Notes: a model not told the origin generated them from the letters alone. DNA of 35,994 bases from Diploschistes diacapsis (GCA_023645945.1 JALAIB010000070.1:1-35994); one strand, 5' to 3'; positions 11,447 through 24,224 are shown, numbered from the stretch's first letter. Translations and numbers: made by a program.

Positions 11447-12139
11447 CTAATCACCAATTTCCATCTTCACCACGACTCCTTTATTGGTCTGAGAATCATA
11501 CAATCCCATATCTGTCACGTGTTTCGTCGATATGTCCTTCAGTTGAGCCTCGACTCGAATCTCACCAGGCGCTGGGGGCTCTATGCACGGTGCAGCCCAT
11601 GGAGCTTCCAAATTGCCCAAGGTAGGTGATTGCGCTGCTAGTTTCAATGAAGTGGTCGGTTGCTTTCGCCGAAAAAATGAACCAATCTTCTTCCGAGACG
11701 AGCGGCTTGAAGTTTGCGCCAACGCTGGATCTCCTGGAAGAGCCCACACTTGGTATCCGTTTACCTGGAGACGGCTCTCCAGCATCCCTTCCAGTTCGCG
11801 AATGACCGCTGGTTGCCGCCAGAAATCGAGAGTATTCTCCTTCCCTTCTAGTCGAATGACATAAATGTTCTCCGTCGACGGAAAGCCAATGACTTCTGGT
11901 GCGGGATTGTTGGACTTAGGGTTATGCAGATATTCCTCGGCTCGGTCAGCGACCGGAAATAAGATAAGCGTGGCTCTTGACAGACCGGAGGCCACGGCAG
12001 TCTGAAAATGCGGCAGAATGTGCGATGTGATGGCGTTGTTAATGCGGACTGTACGGGCTTCTGTGAGATGCTGGGAGAGCGTTGATCGTGGCAGAGGAGG
12101 AGTCAAGGGATCTTCTGTATACTCTGGTGGCTTCTCCAT
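11447..12139 (-). CDS. Hypothetical protein, 230 aa
   Basis: Intronless ORF with ATG and globular-looking composition (PPEY N-terminus, LDFWRQPAVIRELE, C-terminal MGLYDSQTNKGVVVKMEI). Function not recognised. Confidence 0.7.
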   Translation of the reverse strand: MEKPPEYTEDPLTPPLPRSTLSQHLTEARTVRINNAITSHILPHFQTAVASGLSRATLILFPVADRAEEYLHNPKSNNPAPEVIGFPSTENIYVIRLEGKENTLDFWRQPAVIRELEGMLESRLQVNGYQVWALPGDPALAQTSSRSSRKKIGSFFRRKQPTTSLKLAAQSPTLGNLEAPWAAPCIEPPAPGEIRVEAQLKDISTKHVTDMGLYDSQTNKGVVVKMEIGD

Positions 12140-12940
12140 TGCTAGGCAGCGTTAAAAAAACGAGGCCTTGAAGACTGCTATGCTATAGAGTGTCCTGTGA
12201 GTGTCGAAGGTGTCTGACAGAAGCGAAGGACATGGGCGAAGTCCAGAGAAGATGGTAGGACCTGTACCTGCCTGTATCCTGGATTGGAGATCACCAGCGC
12301 GCTGTATAAAAATGCTTGCACTAATTCTCGGCAGGATTGAGGAGTAGATGGTAGGTACTGTAAGGCTCAATGCAAGGCAGAAAAGGGCTCATACAATCTT
12401 TGTCATTTGACATAGTGGTCAGACGTCCCGTCAAAAGTCTCCCAGAATGGCTGTTTTTGGTGGCCTGAAGTCCCACGTCTCTTTGACTCTTGAAGAGGCC
12501 AGATTGTTCTCCAGGTTTGAGCAAGCGATGCTAACCATCCGCGTCACGCTTCATGGGCAAGACGCATTACTGTCAAAGCCTGATTACACGGTTTTTACTC
12601 TACACTTTGCCTAGGTACCTTTGGTGTTGCAGAAATCCTGTAGAAGGATTATGAAAGCCGTTCGGTTTCTGACTAGCAAAAGTGCCTCATCTAGGCGACA
12701 ATTACGAAAGCTCTCATCGCTATGAGTCGTAGATAAAGAGCGCCTTTCAGCATCAGTCAGTCTCTGCTTCAACTCTCCCCCTTACACTTGGTCAAGTTTT
12801 GCTTCGATCCTTTGTTCCCAGTCTGATATATCTCTGTACACCTTCAACCCTTCGTTTTGATCTCTATATCATATCGTCGATAGTCCATCTGTATCCTTCT
12901 CATCCTATCAATTTGAGAGTTTCGTTTCCAAGTCGCCATC

Positions 12941-14415
12941 ATGGTAGGGTATCAAGTTGCGGACGCAAATTCCTACATTACGATAACAGGTTACGGCATA
13001 GACGATGTACGCATCGTCAAGAAGTCCTTTGTATGGCCTTTTCAGAAGGCTTCGAGGATCAGCATATCGCCCTTTGACTTCTCAATCACCCTGCAGGCAA
13101 TGACGCGAGAGAAGCTCTCTTTCTGCCTGCCTGCCGTCTTCACAATTGGCCCTAATAACGAGCCCGAATCACTCCGCAAATATGCTTTACTACTCACGGG
13201 CAACGAAGACGGCACTCCGGCCGCCTCAAAGAGCCACAAGGCGACTGGCAGAAATCATGTCCAGGAAATCGTCAAAGGCATCATCGAAGGCGAAACCAGA
13301 GTTATCGTTTCGACAATGTCGATGGAGGAAATCTTTCGAGAACGTGACGTATTCAAATCGAAGATCATTGAATCTGTGCAGGTTGAGCTGAACCAATTCG
13401 GTCTTAAGATGTGGGTATCGACCCGCGCTGTACCGAATTTTCCGATTGACCTTGGTGTAGATACAACGCCAACGTCAAAGAACTACAAGACACCCCGGGG
13501 AGCGAGTACTTCCAATTCCTCTCCCGCAAAGCGCACGAGGGCGCCTCAAATCAGGCCAAGATAGACGTCGCCAACGCGCGCATGCTCGGTGAGATCGGCG
13601 AGGCCGAGAAGAAATCCCGGGCACGACAAGAGATCTCCAAGATCGACGCTCAAACCGCGGTTCTCGAGACGCAGCGCAAGTCCGAAAAAGCCAAGGCCGA
13701 CGCGGAGCTCGCGACGACGCAGACGCAGCTGGACATGAATATCAAGCTGGCCCAGATCCAGGCGTTGCGGGGCGCAGAGGTGAAGGACAACGAGCTGCAG
13801 CGCGACGTCGAGACCAAGCGGGCAGACATGGAACTGGAGAGGCAGCGCGCGAGCGACGTCGTCAAGGCGAAGATCAACCGCGAGGTCAAAGCCCAGGCTG
13901 CCGAAGCCGCGCTGTACACGGACAGCAGGAAGGCGGAAGCCGACTACATACGCGCCGCCAAGGAGGCCGACGCCGCTTACTACGCCAAGAAAAAGGAAGC
14001 CGAAGCTCTATCTGCAATGGCCAAGGCCTATGGCGAGATGGCAGAAGTGCTCGGCGGCCCACAGGGCCTGCTGCAGTACATGATGATCCAGAACGGGACG
14101 TACGAGAAGCTGGCGGAGACGAACGCCAAGGCCGTGAGCGGGATGCAGCCGAAGATCTCCGTGTGGAGCAATGGGAATAGCGGCGAGGGTATGGGTGGGG
14201 GCATGGGCGGAATGGGGGATGCGATGGCGCCGATCAGGAACTTGTATCAGTCGCTACCGCCAGTCTTACAAACGGTGGAGGAGCAGACAGGAATCCGACC
14301 GCCGGCATGGCTAGCGCAGATGCCGGAGCAGGGATACCAGATACAGGAGGTCATGGATCCGAAGGTGAAGCGGAGGGTCAACAGGGAGAGCGCGTTGAGT
14401 ACTAGGAGTGGGTGA
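12941..14415 (+). CDS. Flotillin / SPFH (band 7) domain protein; exons 12941-13410 and 13461-14415
   Basis: Fungal flotillin motifs (VWPFQK, PFDFSITLQAMTREKL, LPAVFTIGP, GIIEGETRVIVS). Removing the 50-nt intron 13411-13460 joins FGLKI|YNANVKELQD. Ala/Glu-rich coiled coil and MQPKISVW tail follow. Confidence 0.93.
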
Positions 14416-15093
14416 ATGCTGCTATGGCCGCTGTGAATTTTGCTTTTATTTTCTAGGCTTTGGTCAAGAGGAACAGTGTGGCCTTGGAATGCCTTTTGGG
14501 CAATCGATGTTACATTCCGGCTTGACTGTGGGCAACAGAAGGGGGGGTGTTTGGACAATTTGTTTGGAAAACTTTTTCCGCGTGCTTTCAGATACCAATT
14601 TTGCTAGTCTAGGGAGATGATAAGTACCAGGCAGAGACCAATGAACTGAACAGCGGAACGGCTACCTGCGGTGCAGAGAACTCACAAGGCTTCAGCTGGG
14701 TCGCATCCTCAAGCACGCGCCAAGGGAATCCACCTGCAGCAAAAGAAGCCTTCTGCAAAGCCATGGATCGATGGTCTTGGCTAAGAAATCCAAAGGTGTG
14801 GCTGAGACGGGTATTGGCTCCATCCAAGGGAACTTTAGAGATTTTATTATGAAAGTTGGGCTGTGATACGTTCCCGTTTAAAGTGTAGCTTCGGTAAGTC
14901 GCCCAGGCAGCAGGCGACCAGCTTCCTTGTTATATGTGGGGTCTTGCAACAAGAACTATTCATAAGATCATGCAGCAAAAAAGGCTTACGCGAGCGAGCG
15001 TATAGATTCGACTCGTAGTAGCCAGGAATCCAGGTATCCAAGTATAGATAAGCACTATCAAAGAAGGCCCCCCTTCCACACCGACTCCAGACC

Positions 15094-16882
15094 TCAAAGC
15101 ACATACCTGAACGCTGGCCCGTAATTCTCTTCCGCCTCCTCGCTCCCTGTCCCCCCATCTACTCCCTCTTCGCCTCCCTTCTCGCCCCTCCTCGCCGCGA
15201 CCGCCTCCGCCCTGGGCCCATACTTCTTATCCAGCTTCCTATTCTCCCACGCTAGCAGCGTCCGCAGTCCCAGCGCCAGCAACCCATTGAAGAAAATAAA
15301 CGCCGCGCAGATACTGAATCCCCTCACATACCTCGGTCCGTCGGTCGCAGGGAAGATATTCGTCCCTAACAGCGGGCCGCACTGTCCAATCACGTTCAGC
15401 AGCACGATGCCCACGCCACGACGCGTGTCCGATCCTTGATTGTTCGTGACCCAGGGCAGCACGTTTGCAATGGCTGGGAAAATGCCCGCCGCCGCGAGCC
15501 AGACGCCGAAGTAGCGCGCCCCGACGCTGGAGCACGTGGCGAGGAGGACGTAGCCGATACCGCCGATGCAAGAGAGGGCGAAGACGGTGATGCCACGCTG
15601 CTGCGTGCGGTCGGCGATGAAGGTGGTGGCGATTGTGAGCAGGAAGGAGAGGAAGTAGGGGGGTGCGGTTAAACCTTGGGCATTGATGGAGCCGAAGCCC
15701 ATTTCGGAGAGGATGGTCTGTGGAAAAAGGGGAGGTTTAGAGGATGATGAAGTATTGAGGGAGAGCGGAAGCTAACTATGGGGACTTACGGGCAGAAAGA
15801 CGGGGAGTGATGAGTAGGAGACGTTCATGGAGAAGTACATAAACTGCGTTTTGTCAATCTGGCTCTGCAGGGTAATTGAGAAGTTCGAGAGGCTTACGGC
15901 GGTGAACCAGCATTTAGGATCCGCCAAGGCCAGGCCAACTTCTTTCCAGTCGATGCCGCCCACACGTTTGGTTGAGCCCGCCTGCCGAACACCTCTCGCT
16001 CTGGCTACGACCTTTTCCTCCTCTGTCAGATACTTCGCCTTGTCGGGGGAATCCGGCAGGCAGAAGTACGTGACTGGCACCATTAGAAGTGTGGGAATGC
16101 CTTCGACGAGGAACAGTAAACGCCAGTTTGCAAGCTTCGAATGTCCAGAAGTGATGCCGTAGGCAAGTGCGCCAGCAAAAGTGTTGGCCAAAGGGGCGGC
16201 GGAGAAGAAGAGGCCAATCCGCAGGCCAACCTCATGTCTCAGGTAAAAGAACGACAAGAGATACGGGATACCTGTGCCATAACCCGCCTCGATCGCACCA
16301 AGGAAGAAACGACAGGCCATCATGCCAGACCAGCTCGTCGCAGCTGCTTGCAGCGTCGCAATAATTCCCCAGCCAAAGACAACAAAGGTAGCCCAAATGT
16401 GCGGTGGGACAATTTTCCACATCATAACGAGGAACTCGAAACAAATGTATGATATGTAGAAGATGGTAAGCAGCCAGGCATATTGCTGACTGGAGAGGTG
16501 CAGCTCCTTCTGCATGCCAGCTGTTTCAGCATTTCTGTACGATTAGTTTTGCTCTGTATGCTGGAGCTGCAGGTTTGCTTTACCCAATATTCGATCTGTC
16601 CAGGAACGAAAGCAGGACTACGGAGCTTCAGCATCTTCGCAGTCGGTCCAAGGGACGAATAAACGTACATAGGAAGCCGACGAGCAGCGTGAATCTTGTA
16701 TCAAGCTTTCGGACCACTCTCTTCTCGATCTCTGGATCCACTCGACGGTGCACAGCGGCTGGTGGTGAGGTTTCTTCTAGTTCCGTCGCAATAGCCGGCT
16801 TTTCAGAGTCACTGCCATTGACTTGGATAGGTTCCGCGGCGGTTGGAGGAGGGTCTTTAGTGAAGCGACTGAGAACCCCCAT
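15094..16882 (-). CDS. MFS transporter, anion:cation symporter (allantoate/nicotinate permease-like) family; exons 16882-16669, 16617-16584, 16534-15898, 15843-15790, 15717-15094
   Basis: Motifs EKRVVRKLD, LLSFLDRSNIGNA, CRFFLGAIEAG, WRLLFLVEG, ADRTQQRG, WENRKLD, FRYVL; four canonical introns restore the frame. Substrate cannot be determined. Confidence 0.93.
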
Positions 16883-18016
16883 AGTGACTATTCAACTGCT
16901 GGAATCAGAGGAAGCACGCTGCAGGGTCAGATGCAGTAGTCTAGCACAGTTCAGGCACAGGGCGAAGGAACAAAAGCATGCATGTAGACGGCGAAGCAGC
17001 ACTCATTAAATACAGAAGCAAGCAACTTTACAGATTGAAGCGAACACCTTGAAGAAGAACGACAAGGAACGAAACAGAGCGGAGAAGTTCCCATTCCTTC
17101 TCCACATCTCCATTTGTAAGTCGAACCTACTACTGCAGGGATCGTGGGGACATCATTGTCGACTTTGATAGGATCAAAGTATGTGAGATCATGTAGAAAA
17201 ATGTACAATTTTGCAGCTTTAAGCTTAAGAGAAGGATTTGTATTCCCTTTCTCGATGCATAAGCTAGCTGCAGTAGCAGACATAAAATATGAATGCATGA
17301 TGCATGATGCAATGCGGAAAGTATCCAGATAGAACAATATCGTTGCTTCACATACACTTATAAAGACTGCCTCTTGCCGGGATTTTCCACCGAACTTCAA
17401 TATCTCCTACGCAACCAACAGAGCGACAAATTGCCAAACAAACCCATCTACTTATTGCTCGATCAGGGCTTCTGCTTTAGTTCAAGTAAGACCAGCAGTT
17501 GGCCTAGTGGTCATCCTATCTTCTGTGCATAGATAAGCCTCGAATGCTCAACGATTCGAGCCCCAGCAGGGACAAAGCGGAAAAGTAAACTATATCAAAA
17601 CGCCAATGACCCGTCCAGCGGTGATGGTTGAAAACATTCGTGTCAGGGGACCGTCTAAGTTTGTCCGCTCCCTGCCTCTTCGGAGGTAGGTTTGGTTTTT
17701 GATGCTTTTACCCGGTTCCATTTTTGCTCAAGCCAAGGAATTGATGATTCAGAGTATGTTTCATGGTAGGAGTACTTGAGAACATCTCATTCCCAGAGCT
17801 GGCCGATCATCCCTTAAAGTCATTCGATTAGTGGAGAAGCTTTAGCCAGGTTTTGTGAGTCACGGTAGACTAATATTGATACACTTTAATCTCGAAGGAA
17901 GCTAATATAACAAGTGTCTAGAAACTACACTTGGTTGCAGCATTCGCCAGTGTGAACCCCGGACCCTGTATGCTTCTATCCTTACTTGCCACCCATGAAT
18001 GATGCCGTCTCGAGTA

Positions 18017-19058
18017 TTAAAGTGTGGAGGTAACGTTCGAGAACTCGCCCTTTTCCAACTTTGTCTTCCAGAAGATAGGATTTGTGTCCTAGGTCCTGTC
18101 AGTATCCATGATAGCACAATGTAGAGGCATGATGGCTTACGCTGAATCCATGTTTGACCCATCCATCCTCTTTCACGTGGTAGAGGTTGATAGAGCCACC
18201 AGAGAAGGCATCTCTGTGTGTAGCAGCCAGAATGCTTCTTCGCCCAAGCTCCAAGGCTTGCTCTTCACTCAGATCATAGCTGTACTCCGCATCGAGCACA
18301 CCGTAGGCGAATGTTTGCCCCGAACCGACACAGAAAAGGTTACCAGCCAAGCGGGTACCGTCGGAGTCAATATAGTATAGAGCAGGGCCTTCTTGAGGTG
18401 TTACACCGGCGCACATTGTTCCCATGCTCAAACCCATGCCCTTGTACGAATACACGAGGTTGGAGAGTATCTTCGAGGCTGCGGCGACTGATATCCGGCG
18501 CTTGTGCCGGAGCTCGTGGAGTCGGCACTGCATCCCTAGGTAAGCTAGCCAGTATTGACAATCCTACGAGTTCACGTATCAGTTCTTAGCTCACTATCAC
18601 TCAGCTTCGCAGACTTACTGCTGCTCCTCCAGCCATAGTTCCTAGCAAGCAGTTGTTGATCTCGATGACCTTCTTGACTGTCTGACTAGCAATCCAGTCC
18701 CCAGCCGTTGCTCTCGAATCAGTTGCGACAATTATCCCACCTTGGAAACGGAAGGCAAGGGTCGTTGTTCCATGCGCAAGCTTGATCGGACAGTTTGGGT
18801 TTGCATGGTCATCGGTATGAGCTCTTAGGAACGCGGAAGGCTACATTTGCTGTCAGCACATCCAGACCTTGTAACAACCCCTTTAGAGATTGGAGCTCCA
18901 GGTATAAAGGGTGGACCGTTTCTTACATTCGCTATTGGAGGTAGTGCGAACTTCAGGGAGAGTGACGGAATCGTTTCGTATAGTTCTTTCTGCTCCTTTT
19001 CTTGGTACGCGTCTTGCCAGGCAGCCGACGGCCTATATCGAACTACTAAAGCATTCAT
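18017..19058 (-). CDS. PRE2: 20S proteasome subunit beta5 (chymotrypsin-like), 282 aa; exons 19058-18927, 18840-18619, 18563-18141, 18088-18017
   Basis: Propeptide, then IKLAHG^[64 protein letters not shown]; three phase-0 GT-AG introns. Confidence 0.97.
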
Positions 19059-19245
19059 GGTGATGATTAAAGGAAAAGTAGTAGTAGTACACAAGTTTAA
19101 ATTAGAAGTTCCGCTTCAACATGCATTGCAGGTAGCTACGAGACACGCAACACGTACTTTATTCTGGTGTAGGAGCTCGGAAGGGCTAGTAAATGTTAAT
19201 GAATTGGCTTGGCATTCTTGGTGTAAGCATCGGTTTACCTAGGCC

Positions 19246-19560
19246 CTGTAGTCAATATTCAGTTATTCGAATATAAAAGTTAATATTCGTATTCAAATAC
19301 GAGTATTAACAGATTATTTTATATTCGAATAAAAGTAAAAAAACAATATTGGTATTCGAATAAAAGATTTACATTCAAATTTTTTTTATTAATGCCTTAA
19401 AATTAACTAAAAATTCATTTCTCATAAAGAAATAAATAAAATTTGAATTTATGATTTTAAAAGATCCGTTAACAATCCTTTATTTATTAAATGACGTCAT
19501 TAATTTCATATTCGAATACATATAGAATATATTCGAATAATTGAAGGATTTTGATTACAG
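19246..19560. mobile_element. Degenerate AT-rich MITE-like relic with imperfect terminal inverted repeats and repeated TATTCGAATA palindromes
   Basis: Left end CTGTAGTCAATATTCAGTTATTCGAATATA resembles the reverse complement of the right end, CTGTAATCAAAATCCTTCAATTATTCGAATATA. Perfect TATTCGAATA at 19264, 19322, 19353, 19509 and 19530; abrupt AT-richness. No TSD identified. Confidence 0.6.
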
Positions 19561-19681
19561 TGGTTCTGTTACGGAGATAATCCGTTTATTCCTAAGCAGG
19601 ACTAGTGTTTATGGGCGTAGAAAAACCGTAGATAAGAAATTAACTCCGAAAGTTACGATCAAGGTTATTGATTTACTATTA

Positions 19682-19925
19682 ACGTGTTTCACCACGAAAC
19701 GGAACACACCACCAAGCGGAACACTACATTATAATGTAATTGCGCTAGATCGAGCGCTTCCATATTTAGTTTAGTTTCTAAGTTTTAAGCGAGCTTTTGA
19801 GCTAAGCCTGTTCGTACGAAGCCCCACAACCACACGAAAGGTGAAAATGTTAAGAAATACACTTTACGAAGGTGCAGGGATTGTGTTCCGCTTGGTGGTG
19901 TGTTCCGTTTCGTGGTGAAACACGT
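19682..19925. mobile_element. Non-autonomous MITE of the Tc1/mariner (pogo/Fot1-like) superfamily, 244 bp
   Basis: Perfect 43-bp TIRs (19682-19724 and 19883-19925: ACGTGTTTCACCACGAAACGGAACACACCACCAAGCGGAACAC), TA on both sides (19680-81, 19926-27), internal direct repeat CGGAACAC in each TIR, no coding capacity. Confidence 0.92.
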
Positions 19926-20104
19926 TAAAATGCAAAAGTCATTCATTGACTAAACTGATCTGAATTAAATGAAACTGATCTGATCGCTTTTTTTCGTCTT
20001 GTTTTTATTTTTCCTGCCTAATCTTTTAGAATTTCCGCATCATCATCAGTTCATATCAACAGATACATCCCGGTTGTTCCGCCGCTGGCTGTGACCTCGT
20101 CGCG

Positions 20105-23100
20105 ATGCGAATCTTGGCCTTGGGCCTCCGGCTCCTGGGCTCGACAGCGCTGCTTCAGGCTACCACTGCCGATCCGTACAGTCGGAAGGATGCCGTCCAG
20201 CATGAGGCTGGTCGTTGTTCGATGAGAGGGCAATGTGGCAGCGAAAGCTATTTTGCTCCTCAGATCCCATGTCCGTACAATGGTCTTGCCGAAGAACCCG
20301 AGAAAAGCACGCGGCAAAAGCTGGTTGACATTTGCGGTGAGGAATGGAGTAAAGGCGCGATCTGCTGCGACGAAGACCAGGTCGATGCCTTGGCAGACAA
20401 CTTAAAGAGGGCAAACCAGCTGATCTCCTCTTGTCCTGCGTGTCAAAAGAACTTCTTCAACCTCTTCTGCACCTTCACTTGCTCACCGAATCAGTCCGTT
20501 TTCGTTAACGTTACGGACGTGGTAACTACATCCTCGGGGGAAGATGGGGTTGCAGAACTGGATAACCTGTGGTCATCAGACTATGGAAAGGCCTTTTATG
20601 ACAGCTGTAAGGATGTTAAATTTGGCCCTTCCGGATCTACAGCTATGACTTTCTTCGGGAATGCGAAAAACTACACTGAACTGTATGCCTTCTTAGGGAA
20701 GAAGAGCCCTTTCTTTGGGAGTCCATTTCAGATCAATTTTCCAGACCCAACAGGTAGGGAAAAGGAGGGCATGACAGCTACAAATCCTACTTCGAGAGCT
20801 TGCAACGATGCAGATGCCAGGTATCGCTGTTCTTGCGTCGACTGTCCAGATGCATGTCCAACGTTGCCTGAAGTTGCTTCAAACGAAGAATGCTACGTAG
20901 GTGCGCTTCCGTGCCTTTCCTTCGCATCAATCCTGGTTTATTGCATCATAATTGCGTTTATGGTTACAGCGGTCGTTGGGCATGTCGCCTATCGCCGCCA
21001 TGCACAACGTCAGAACGAACGCCTACGACTCTTGCAAGATGCGTCTCCAAGTGATGACGAAGATGAAGGTGATGTAGTGCATAATGCGGGCATGCTGGAC
21101 CGGCCTCAGCGCAACTATAGAATCAACTCTATCTGTGGCACCGCCTTTGCAAGGCTGGGAGGACTTTGCGCTCGCTATCCACTCATCACCATTGGCTCGA
21201 GCATCTTGGTTGTGGTACTTCTAAGCCTTGGCTGGCTAAGATTCGAGGTCGAGACGAACCCCGTGCGTCTCTGGGTGAGCCCTACCTCGGCTGCTGCAGA
21301 GGAGAAAGCTTTCTTCGACAACAATTTCGGTCCTTTCTTCAGAACAGAACAGGTCTTTATTGTCAATGACACTAACGAATCGGGACCTGGACCGGTTCTG
21401 AGTTATGACACCTTGCACTGGTGGCTCGACGTCGAGAAAAGGATTTCGCGACTAACTCCATCAGGTGATGACACTACGCTTGACGATATATGCTACAAGC
21501 CGACCGAGGATGCTTGTGTGGTACAGTCGGTCACAGGCTTTTTCCAGGGCGACTTTGGCAATTTAAACCCTTCGGATTGGGAAAAGCATCTGAGAGCTTG
21601 TATTGACGACCCTGCAGAGGAAAGCTGCCGTCCACAGTTTGAACTTCCCTTGCAAAAAGATCTTGTCCTTGGCGGTCTTGAGGACGGCCAGGACGCACTT
21701 GAATCCACAGCCATGGTCGTGACATGGGTTGTCAACAACCACGCTGAAGGGTCCAAAGCTGAACAACGGGCTATGGAGTGGGAGGCGAGTCTCCGGGATC
21801 TTCTCAAGTATTACGTGCAACCGGCAGCCGAGGAAAGAGGCCTTAGGCTGTCCTTCAGCACCGAAATCAGCTTGGAAGAGGAGCTTAACAAATCCTCGAA
21901 CACAGACGCAAAGATTGTGGTCATCAGTTACGTGATCATGTTCATCTATGTTTCTCTTGCACTTGGTTCAGTAAGCTTGTCCACCAAAGCTTTCCTCAAC
22001 AATCCCGCCACTGCTATGGTGCAGTCCAAATTCACTCTCGGAATCAGCGGAATTATCATTGTTTTGATGTCGGTCTCAGCGTCTGTCGGTCTTTTTGCCG
22101 CTGCTGGCTTGAAGGCAACTCTTATTATTGCGGAAGTTATACCATTTCTTGTTCTCGCCGTTGGCGTAGACAACATATTTTTGATAGTCCATGAACTGGA
22201 GCGCGTCAATCACAGTCATCCTGATGAGGAGATTGACGTTCGAGTTGCGAAGGCATTGGGCAGAATGGGCCCCAGCATACTTCTCTCTGCTTTGACCGAG
22301 ACTGTTGCGTTTGTGCTTGGGGTCTTCGTTGGTATGCCAGCGGTGAAGAACTTTGCCGCATATGCAGCTGGTGCCGTGGTTATCAATGCAATTCTGCAGG
22401 TCACGATGTTCGTGGCTGTACTTTCGCTCAACCAAAGACGTGTCGAGGCTAACCGCATAGATTGTTTCCCGTTCATCAGGATGAGCCACATCGCAAGCCA
22501 CATCAGTGGTGGTGTCACCTATAACATTGAAGAGGAGGAAAGCGCGCTCCAGAGGTTCATCCGAAAAGTCTACGCCCCAGCGCTCCTCAACCGTCAAGTC
22601 AAGTTAGCCATCATTGCACTGTTTCTCGGATTCTTTGCGGCCGGAATTGCGCTTCTTCCGGAAGTCTCGCTTGGCCTTGATCAGAAAGTAGCGATTCCGG
22701 ACGAGTCCTATCTAATACCTTACTTTCGGGACCTGGAAGCATACTTCAACACCGGACCTCCAGTCTACTTCGTAACTAGAGGAGTAAATGCAACGCAGAG
22801 GGACGAACAGCAGACGATTTGTGGTCGTTTCACAACTTGCAATGAATTCTCTTTACCCACTGTACTGGAGCAAGAATCCAAACGCTCCGATATTTCGTAC
22901 ATTACAGGTGCTACTGCGAATTGGCTTGATGACTTTTTCTTCTGGCTCAATCCAGATACCGAATGTTGTATGGAAAGTGGCAGGGTTTGCTTCGAGCATC
23001 GCAACCCGGCCTGGAACATAACTCTATCCGGCATGCCAGAGGGCAACGAGTTCATTCACTACGTGACCAAGTGGTTGGAAGCTCCGACAAACGCAGATTG

Positions 23101-23993
23101 CCCCCTGGCTGGCAAAGCGGGTTACAGCTCCGCTGTTGTTGTAAACACCAGCACTGTATCCATACCGGCATCCCATTTTAGAACCTCTCATGTCCCACTA
23201 CGGACTCAAGATGACTTTATTTCCGCCTATGCCTCAGCCCGCCGTGTTGCTGACGAGATCAGCGATAGCCAAAACGTCGACGTCTTCCCTTACAGCAAAT
23301 TCTACATCTTCTTTGATCAATACGCCTCGATTGTACGCCTTACCGCTACCCTGCTCGGATCTGCCTTTGCTCTCATCCTCATCATCACCTCTATCCTCCT
23401 CGGCTCTGTCGCCACGGGCGCCATTATCACTATCACAGTCATAATGATCGTGATAGATATCCTCGGCACCATGGCGATCGCAGACGTTTCGCTCAACGCC
23501 ATCTCGCTTGTCAACCTCGTCATCTGCGTAGGCATCGGTGTCGAGTTTTGCGCGCACATCGCCCGCGCCTTCATGTTCCCCTCGAGGACCGTGATGGAGA
23601 AGGCGAAGAATAAGTTCAGGGGAAGAGATGCGAGAGCATGGACGGCGATTGTCAACGTCGGTGGAAGCGTCTTCACCGGGATCGCGCTAACAAAGTTTGT
23701 GGGCGTCTGCGTGCTGGCGTTTAGCAGGAGCAAGATCTTTGAGATTTACTACTTCAGGGTCTGGCTGTCGTTGGTTGTCTGGGCAACGCTGCATGCACTG
23801 GTCTTCTTACCGGTCATGTTGAGTCTGTTTGGCGGTGATGGTAAGTTCTGCCTTCCTGATTGAGTTGCTAGTCGTATGCTTACTACTCTTAGGTTATGTA
23901 GATCCAGAAAGCGATAGCGGGCTCGACGAGGATCTGGCGGCGAGGAGATACCGTGCATTATTACCAGACGATGATTATGACTCTGACGAGTAA
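20105..23993 (+). CDS. NCR1: Niemann-Pick type C1-like sterol transporter (Patched/SSD family); exons 20105-23840 and 23893-23993
   Basis: Signal peptide, Cys-rich NPC1 N-terminal domain (SSCPACQKNFFNLFCTFTCSPNQS), ETNPVRLW, sterol-sensing domain (AEVIPFLVLAVGVDNIFL), GPPVYFV, GIGVEFCAHI. Terminal intron 23841-23892 gives the tail GYVDPES...DYDSDE*. Confidence 0.97.
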
Positions 23994-24224
23994 TGATGCG
24001 GCTTTTTTCCTTTTGGCTTCTTTCTTCGGCTTGGATTATATTATAAACTGGTTCTATTGTACATCATGGATTCATCTGCATTGACACTGGCTCATCGTTT
24101 CGCTTGCTCTCTCCGTGGCCTTGTTTCATTTCCGTACATTGGAAGTGGTTTCTTACCCCTCCCAGCTAAAGTTAAGTTAGTCGGCGCACAAACCTTTTAT
24201 TTGTTCAAGGAAGCTCACAATTAT

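Noticed and set aside
18017..19058. PRE2 as a self-resistance gene in a proteasome-inhibitor cluster
   Set aside because: No NRPS, PKS or tailoring genes in the window; the sequence is canonical and flanked by housekeeping genes.
19059..19245. Rpn4/PACE element upstream of PRE2
   Set aside because: No GGTGGCAAA-like match seen on either strand.
19264..19539. TATTCGAATA repeats as a CRISPR array or as heat-shock elements for PRE2
   Set aside because: Eukaryotic context, 10-bp repeats and irregular spacing rule out CRISPR; TTCGAA lacks the 2-nt spacer of nTTCnnGAAn HSEs.
12941..23993. Flotillin plus NCR1 as a sterol/membrane-domain gene cluster
   Set aside because: Separated by unrelated genes; nothing in the sequence argues against chance proximity.
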